Origin: Octopus sinensis
Taxonomy: Eukaryota
DNA: 5,003 nucleotides
Assembly: GCF_006345805.1 (NCBI RefSeq)
Contig: NW_021830155.1
Span: forward strand, 1 to 5,003
Direction of reading: 5' to 3'
Shown: positions 1 to 5,003 of the stretch, piece by piece
Layout of the letters: every line of letters starts with the position of its first letter
Numbering within the stretch: position 1 is the stretch's first letter
Program-made: the position numbers and the translations under genes
Notes under the pieces: model-generated
Told to the model about the DNA's origin: nothing
Databases searched by the model: none
Seen by the model: the letters and a program-made list of their open reading frames with translations, nothing else

Positions 1-50
1 ATATATATATATATACATCTATACAATATGTATATATATATATATATATA
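1..50. repeat. Interrupted (TA)n microsatellite
   Basis: Direct reading: atatatat... interrupted by a short catctatacaatatg stretch. Confidence 0.95.
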
Positions 51-180
51 AGTTCAGCAAAATTTAGATTCAGATGAATATGGTACTTAAGTTAAGGCAC
101 CAGAATTTGGTATGGTATTATCCATATAAATCAAATGGGGTGATTATAATCAAAATAAGCAACAAGGATATCCAAGGTAG

Positions 181-268
181 TGTAGTACAATCGTTTCATG
201 CTACTTCATCTAATTAAACAATGTAAGTATTATATCAGTTTTAAAATGCAGAGCACTCTTTAGCCACA
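181..268 (-). ncRNA. Second hammerhead-like copy on the minus strand with a core mutation (CTAAAGA, G5A)
   Basis: The minus strand reads TGTGG-CTAAAGA-GTGCT...AGCAT-GAAA-CGATT-GTA-CTACA. Helix I has 5 bp and helix II opens with G.U. The conserved G5 is replaced by A (plus-strand T261). Confidence 0.6.
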
Positions 269-347
269 TATAGAATTTTTTAATTAAATAGGCAATGTAC
301 ATTCTTATACTTATTCCATTTGTCTATTTAATTAAACAATTCTATAC

Positions 348-433
348 GTGGCTGAAGATTGCTCTACATTTTAAAAATGATGCAATACTTACATTGTTTA
401 ATAAAATGAAGTAGCATGAAACGATTGTACTAC
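348..433 (+). ncRNA. Type I hammerhead-ribozyme-like motif (minimal helix III, long helix II)
   Basis: Helix I GTGG(348-351)/CTAC(430-433). Core CTGAAGA 352-358. Helix II TGCT(360-363)/AGCA(413-416), extendable via CATTTT/AAAATG into a long imperfect stem. GAAA 418-421. Helix III AC-GATT-GT. NUH triplet GTA 427-429, predicting cleavage after 429. The first helix II pair is a U.U mismatch (359/417). Confidence 0.7.
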
Positions 434-613
434 ACTACTTTGGATATCCATGCTGCTTATTTTGATAATATTTTGATTATATTTTGGTTTAGGTTTTTCA
501 CAGTTTGATTTGCGTAATAGTGGTTTTATCTCTAATTTAATTTATATTTATACTGTGAAATTTGATTTAATCCTAAATCTAATTTTCCCCTGTAAGTTTA
601 GATTTACTCCTAA

Positions 614-652
614 TATTATTATTATTATTATTGCTATTATATATATATATAT
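614..652. repeat. (ATT)n followed by (TA)n microsatellite
   Basis: tattattattattattatt-gc-tattatatatatatatat, directly upstream of the LINE ORF1 ATG. Confidence 0.93.
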
Positions 653-659
653 TTGGTAA

Positions 660-1514
660 ATGGAAACTGAGGAGAGCAATGGTTACACAAGGAAGTTAGC
701 ACAGATAGAGCGAAAGAAGCAGGAGTTTATACGCTCATATGTACTCATAAGATCCCACATCAGCACGCTTGATGCCATCTTTGACAACGCACAAAGCAAA
801 GATGACAAGGATGGAGGCACGGGTGCTGATGAAAGATGTCACCCCCACTTGGTAGACACCCTGGACAACAAAGCAAATTCAAGTGAGAAACCTGCCCGGG
901 AAGTAAACCCAAGTGCAAGTGACCCTATCAGCATCAAAAGCCAAAACCATGGAGATGAAAGAGCCAAAAAAGAAGGAAAAGCTAAAAGAAAAATAAAAGA
1001 TGAAACAGCCAAAGAATGAAAAACTAAAACTCAAACAAAACCAAAGGATGAAATAGCCAAAAATAGAAGCAAACCTGACTATCCATATGCCAAAAGAGAT
1101 AGAAAGACACAGCGCACACGAATGTGTAAATTCTACCTGAAAGGTGTATGCTGGCATGGAGAGGAAGGTGCAGGCTGCCGTTTTGCACACCAAGGGCCCT
1201 GCCACATAAACATGAAACAGGGCAGAAACCAACTGCCAAAAGGAAAAGGAAAGGACTACGCACCACCTGCCCCAAAACGAAGGTACGCAGATGTAGTGCG
1301 TGTTACAAACCATCAACATGTTATTGAAAGGGTAGCTGCTGAACAAGAATCTATTTTGTGCATGGCACAAAATATTGTACAGCAGCTAACCTGGCTCCAT
1401 CAAGCTCAAACTCACAGATGGGACTATCCACAATACACAAGACCGCTACAGCAAATAGACCCAAAGTGGTCACCACTGGCAACAACACACACATCACCTC
1501 GATGCTCCTACTGA
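660..1514 (+). pseudogene. LINE ORF1 (about 284 codons) with one premature TGA; Lys/Glu-rich repeats and a CCCH-type zinc finger
   Basis: ORFs 660-1019 and 1122-1514 share a frame, and 1020-1121 is open (KTKTQTKPKDEIAKNRSKPDYPYAKRDRKTQRTR), so only TGA 1017-1019 interrupts them. The start context aaaATGG is favourable. Motif CKFYLKGVCWHGEEGAGCRFAH (C-x7-C-x8-C-x3-H) at 1125-1190. Confidence 0.75.
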
Positions 1515-3263
1515 ACATCAGAGGACTGCTAACACTCAGTAAAAGGACAAAAATCCCTTTCTTGAGATACCTTGTTGCATGCAATCAAGCCTTATGTATA
1601 GCACTTACGGAAACACATCTGAAACCGGAGGTAGCAGATGCGGAAATACACATACCACAGTATGTTGTGTTACGAAACTGACAGAAAAGAAAGGAGTCAT
1701 GTTGGAGTTGCTATGTACATCCGCGAGGACCTCACACCCCAGATCCTTTTTCATACTCAAATTCGGTGTGTGACACAATAATTGTACATATAAGGCAACT
1801 CGGTGTAGTTATATGTGCTACATATCGCCCTCCAGATGCTCCAAGCCATGTAGGCAAGTTTGAAGACTGCCTTACAAAAATAGAAGTACTAGTCACATTA
1901 GAACAACACATAAGTGTGCTTCTTATGGGATACTTCAATCTGCTCAATGTCAGATGGCCCGAGGGCCTTTCTCTCCCAGGAATGACACGATGCGAACGAG
2001 GGCAAGTGAGGTCCCTCCTGAACCTCATCAACACTCTGTACATGGAGCAAATAATGCTCCAACCAACCAGGACAGGTAACATACTGGATCTCTGCTTCAC
2101 AAATAACATGGATCTCATCCATAATGTGAAAGTGACACCGACACTACTCTCGGATCACAACATGGTAGAGTTGACTATGTACGAGCCAAAGGAAAGCATG
2201 GACATGCAGTCTACAAGAAACTCTCAGAATCTTCCCAGCTTGAACTTCCATAAGGCAAACTGGAAACAAATTGAGAAAGAGATCCTCAAACAAAACTGGC
2301 CTGAATGTCTCTCCTCGCCAGACATCAACATGAAGCTTCAACAATTCATGTCTGTAATGCAAGCCATATGCTACAAATATGAAAGGCCACTGTACACAAG
2401 CACAAAATCCCCAGAGAGGAAAATTCTTATGAGACGGCGTACAAAAGTTTCAAATCGCCTAAACAAACAAATTGAAAGCAGTGAAAAGTCCTACCTGAAA
2501 ATAAAACTGTTGGAAATTGAAAAATGTCTGCATCTCTCCCATGAAAAAAAAAAAGAGCAGACAAAGAAGCCTGGGCTATAGACAACATAAAATCTAACCC
2601 CAGAGCTTTCTACAAGTTTGCCAAAGAAACAGCTACGGAAGGTAAAATATGCCCTATTCATAAAGGAGGTAGCAGAGCGGAGGCCAAGAACTACAGACCT
2701 ATCTCTCTGACCCCACACATCAGCAAGGTCATGGAACGAATAGTCAGAAGGAAACTAATCGCCTTCCTTGAAGAAAATAACTTGCTGCCTGACACCCAAC
2801 ATGGTTTCCGACCAGGAAGACGCTGCCTAACTCAGCTCCTACAACACTATGACTGGGTGCTGAAACAACTGCTCAACCACTCAAATGTGGAAGTCATATA
2901 TCTCGACTTTGCAAAAGCCTTTGATAAAGTCGATCATGGAATGATATGTCACAAACTGCGTGATCTTGGCATTGTTGGAAAATTGGGAGAATGGCTTCAT
3001 GACTTTCTGAAGGATAGAAGTCAGGTGGTAGTAGCCAATGGGGCCACCTCCATTAACATGCAAATAGTGAGCGGAGTTCTGCAAGGCACTGTTGGAACCA
3101 CTATTGTTCATAATGGCCCTCTCAGATATGCCCTCAGCCACGCAGAGAGCCACGATCACACATTATGCAGATGATACAAAAGTTTCACAGGTAATACAGA
3201 AACCTGAAGACACTATGCACCTGCAATGTCAGCTGGACAAAATATACAAGTGTGCTGAAAAGA
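1418..3263 (+). pseudogene. LINE ORF2 (apurinic-like endonuclease + reverse transcriptase), frameshifted
   Basis: APE motifs: LLNIRGL (from 1502), LTETHL (about 1604-1621), DR..R..VGVAMYIR (1680-1724, shifted frame), YRPP (1823), MGYFNL (GDFN motif, 1925-1942), PTRTGNILDL, SDH (2150). RT motifs: PIHKGG, NYRPISLT (2689), QHGF (2797), YLDFAKAFDKVDH (2899-2937), SGVLQGTV/xPLLF, YADD (3164-3175). Frameshifts lie near 1676, 1749, the A-run at about 2544-2554, and about 3092. The start is ATG 1418 or 1502. Confidence 0.95.
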
Positions 3264-3481
3264 GATTAAGACTCTATTCCTTAGAGCGTAGGCGAGAAAG
3301 ATATGCCAGGTCCAGTGTTTTTATTGGGTATTGCATTTAGTTTTGAATGCTGCTAGCATAAAGCTTGAAACTTTTCAGCATTGAACTGCATGCTATTCTT
3401 TTCAGCACACTTGTATATTTTGTCCAGCTCACATTGCAGGTGCATAGTGTCTTCAGGTTTCTGTATTACCTGTGAAACTTT
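3179..3481. repeat. 85-bp inverted duplication: 3179-3263 / 3397-3481, 133-nt spacer
   Basis: Pairing of i with 6660-i gives a single mismatch (3230/3430, codon CAG vs GAG). Confidence 0.97.
3305..3481 (-). pseudogene. Inverted downstream fragment of the same ORF2 (post-YADD RT region)
   Basis: The minus strand reads KVSQVIQKPEDTMHLQCELDKIYKCAEKNSMQFNAEKFQALC*QHSKLNAIPNKNTGPG. It repeats the last 85 nt of the plus-strand copy and then continues with the expected N.M.FN..K motif. The 3305 boundary is approximate. Confidence 0.85.
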
Positions 3482-3577
3482 AACACTTGATACGTGCCAC
3501 ACCATGCATCTGATCAGGCAACGTCGATCTGATGGACATTCGATCCATAAGCAAATCATTTCAGCAGAAGGTTCAGC

Positions 3578-3990
3578 ATATATACATATATAAATATGTG
3601 CTTATAAAGATAAATATGTTTACATATACATATTTACATACACACATATATATACATATATACTGATAGTCATATAGACAGCATGATCGGTAGACAGATA
3701 GAAAGATAGATATATAGAAAGATAGGTAGACAGATGGATGCATATATACATGTGTGTATGTATGTGCTTATGTATCTATACATGTTTATGTATGTATATA
3801 TGTGCATATACACAAACAGGCACGCACACACAGACACACACACACACATATATATATATGTATGAATGTATGCATCTGTGTATGTACGCATTTACGTATG
3901 TATGCATTTATGCACGTTTATATGTATGCATGCATGATTGCATGTATGCTTATATGTATGCATGCTTATATGTATGCATGTATGCTTATA
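3578..3990. repeat. Compound degenerate microsatellite: TA/CA, (GATA/GACA)n, (CA)n, (TATG/CATG)n
   Basis: Direct reading: TA-rich 3578-3662, GATA-type about 3690-3740, CA run about 3820-3848, TATG/TGCA-type 3750-3990. Confidence 0.93.
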
Positions 3991-4019
3991 ACCCACGATA
4001 ACTCGTGTCCATTTGACAC

Positions 4020-4028
4020 ACTCACCTG
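4020..4028 (-). other. Consensus U2 5' splice donor CAG|GTGAGT (exon would end at 4026)
   Basis: Plus-strand actcacctg reads CAGGTGAGT on the minus strand. It sits at the edge of the only non-repetitive island. A 9-mer can occur by chance. Confidence 0.35.
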
Positions 4029-4393
4029 AATTTCCCATTCACGATTCCATCTTCTCAGACCTCTCGAAGATGCATTCTTGACTCTATTTCAATCCGTGGA
4101 AGCTAAATCGCCATTATCAATCGCAGAATTCAGGGAAGAACAAGAAAGGTCATAGCACTGCCCTTCTTGCATAGTGAAAATACCGTCTGGCCATGCCTAC
4201 CCATGCCTGTGCATATATTTGCGGTTTGGGGCAGAGAGAACTGTCACTGTACGACGACAGCTTGACGGGGAATTGCTCCTCCATCTTCACAAATTTTTTT
4301 CTTCTCTTATTGATGTTAGTCATTGCTCCATTAGTTTTTTGAGGGAGGAAATTTCATAACGTAGATATGCACCAATACGCACAGACTGCTGTC

Positions 4394-4619
4394 TATATAT
4401 ATATATAAATATATATATACAAACACACACACATACAGATAGATAGATAGATAGATAGTTATATGCACAAATTTATGATGAATGATTATATTATATATAT
4501 ATATATAATATATATATATATCATATATACATATATATAAATATATATATGTAGTATTTATATGTATATATTGTATGTATGCATGTATGTATGTATGTAT
4601 GTATATATGTACATATGTA

Positions 4620-4652
<33 letters not shown>

Positions 4653-4856
4653 TAATAGAGCAAGAGAGGGAGGGAGAGACAAAGCGATCTCAGTTTGCAC
4701 ACATCTACACATCACATATGCATGTATCTGTTTGCACTTATGTTTATGCATAAATATATTTGGTGTGTGTGTATACATACATATAGATATATACATATAT
4801 ATGGATATACATATATATATATGTATGAGTTTATATATTATATATATATAAACCTG

Positions 4857-4888
<32 letters not shown>

Positions 4889-4990
4889 ATAATATATATA
4901 TATAATATATATATATAATATATTACTCATATAAATGTGTATATGTAATATTTCTCACATATCAGATCAGATGACAGAGAATATATAATT
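4394..4990. repeat. Compound microsatellite: (TA)n, (CA)n, (GATA)n, (TATG)n, short GA-rich and GT runs
   Basis: Direct reading, e.g. (GATA)n 4437-4458, (TATG)n about 4573-4605, (TA)n 4626-4652 and 4857-4920. Confidence 0.95.
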
Positions 4991-5003
4991 GTAAATTTGA
5001 TAT

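Larger units (their letters stand above)
149..466. repeat. Long inverted repeat / foldback: arms 149-295 and 320-466, 24-nt spacer
   Basis: Ungapped pairing of position i with 615-i gives 14 mismatches in 147 bp (about 90%). There is a perfect 33-bp block at 177-209 / 406-438. Confidence 0.97.
51..640. mobile_element. Putative non-autonomous Penelope-like element (PLE) remnant: two pseudo-LTR-like copies in inverted orientation, embedded in TA microsatellite
   Basis: Bounded by (TA)n on both sides. Contains a 147-bp inverted repeat whose arms each carry a hammerhead-like motif with minimal helix III. No ORF. The family call rests on the known association of PLE pLTRs with minimal hammerheads and inverted pLTR arrangements. 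No RT or GIY-YIG sequence is visible here. Confidence 0.6.
653..3481 (+). mobile_element. Degenerate two-ORF non-LTR retrotransposon (LINE; APE-RT, CR1/L2/Jockey-group-like), internally deleted, 3' end inverted and truncated
   Basis: ORF1 with a CCCH finger is followed by an overlapping ORF2 with ordered APE and RT motifs. The A-rich sense strand and higher GC stand out from the flanks. No poly(A)/tandem 3' tail or TSD could be recognised. The precise clade cannot be determined by eye. Confidence 0.93.

Noticed and set aside
879-3159. Minus-strand ORFs overlapping the LINE, including the hydrophobic F/S-rich 879-1370 ORF
   Set aside because: They are antisense shadows of an A-rich coding strand. 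The apparent transmembrane character comes from complementing Lys/Glu codons.
3204-3263. CTGAAGA (3205-3211) and GAAA (3257-3260) inside the RT inverted duplication as a hammerhead
   Set aside because: It lies in RT coding sequence (PED...AEK). No supporting helices I-III or NUH site were found.
1766-3340. Treating the 271-aa, 147-aa and 82-aa ORFs as separate functional or domesticated genes
   Set aside because: They are consecutive frameshifted pieces of one ORF2. The endonuclease catalytic GDFN motif reads GYFN (TAC at 1931) and RT domain 0 is missing.
3482-3577. Short unique segment with CTGATCAG, CTGATGGA and a small ATGGA/TCCAT hairpin; possible third hammerhead or SINE fragment
   Set aside because: There is no CUGANGA plus GAAA plus NUH arrangement, and no recognisable Pol III A/B boxes.
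640-3600. Target-site duplication and 3' tail of the LINE
   Set aside because: Both flanks are TA-rich simple repeats and the 3' end is rearranged and truncated, so no TSD can be called.
4190-4380. Faint actin-like words on the minus strand (YLRYEISSL ... VTVLSAPNRKY ... AWVG)
   Set aside because: The match needs two in-frame stops, a long insertion and a frameshift, so it is likely chance. A BLASTX/HMMER search would settle it.
3670-4892. ORFs rich in Y/I/C/M/V/H/T (3670-3891, 3738-4001, 3754-4029, 4521-4796, 4562-4753, 4579-4851, 4695-4892)
   Set aside because: These are translations of TA/TATG/CA microsatellites, which lack stop codons by composition.
1-5003. CRISPR array, retron or other prokaryotic RT system
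   Set aside because: There is no repeat-spacer periodicity. The RT is APE-linked with non-LTR motifs, and the context is eukaryotic microsatellite-rich DNA.

Overview
Eukaryotic, very AT-rich and microsatellite-dense DNA. The repeat style resembles coleoid cephalopod (Octopus-like) genomes, but that is inference only. No intact gene is present. (1) 51-640 lies between (TA)n tracts and contains a 147-bp ungapped inverted repeat (149-295 / 320-466, 133/147 identical by hand count). Each arm carries a type I hammerhead-ribozyme-like motif with a minimal, self-complementary helix III, the hallmark of Penelope-like element pseudo-LTRs. (2) About 653-3481 is a decayed two-ORF non-LTR retrotransposon (LINE, CR1/L2/Jockey-group-like). 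ORF1 carries a CCCH zinc finger and one premature stop. ORF2 encodes APE endonuclease plus RT, with several frameshifts, a mutated catalytic Asp and a large in-frame internal deletion. Its 3' part is flipped, leaving an 85-bp inverted duplication (84/85 identical). (3) 3578-5003 is mostly TA/CA/GATA/TATG microsatellite around a ~400-bp unique island that holds a perfect minus-strand splice donor (possible host exon). The Y/I/C/M/H/T-rich ORFs after 3670 are translated microsatellites, not genes.
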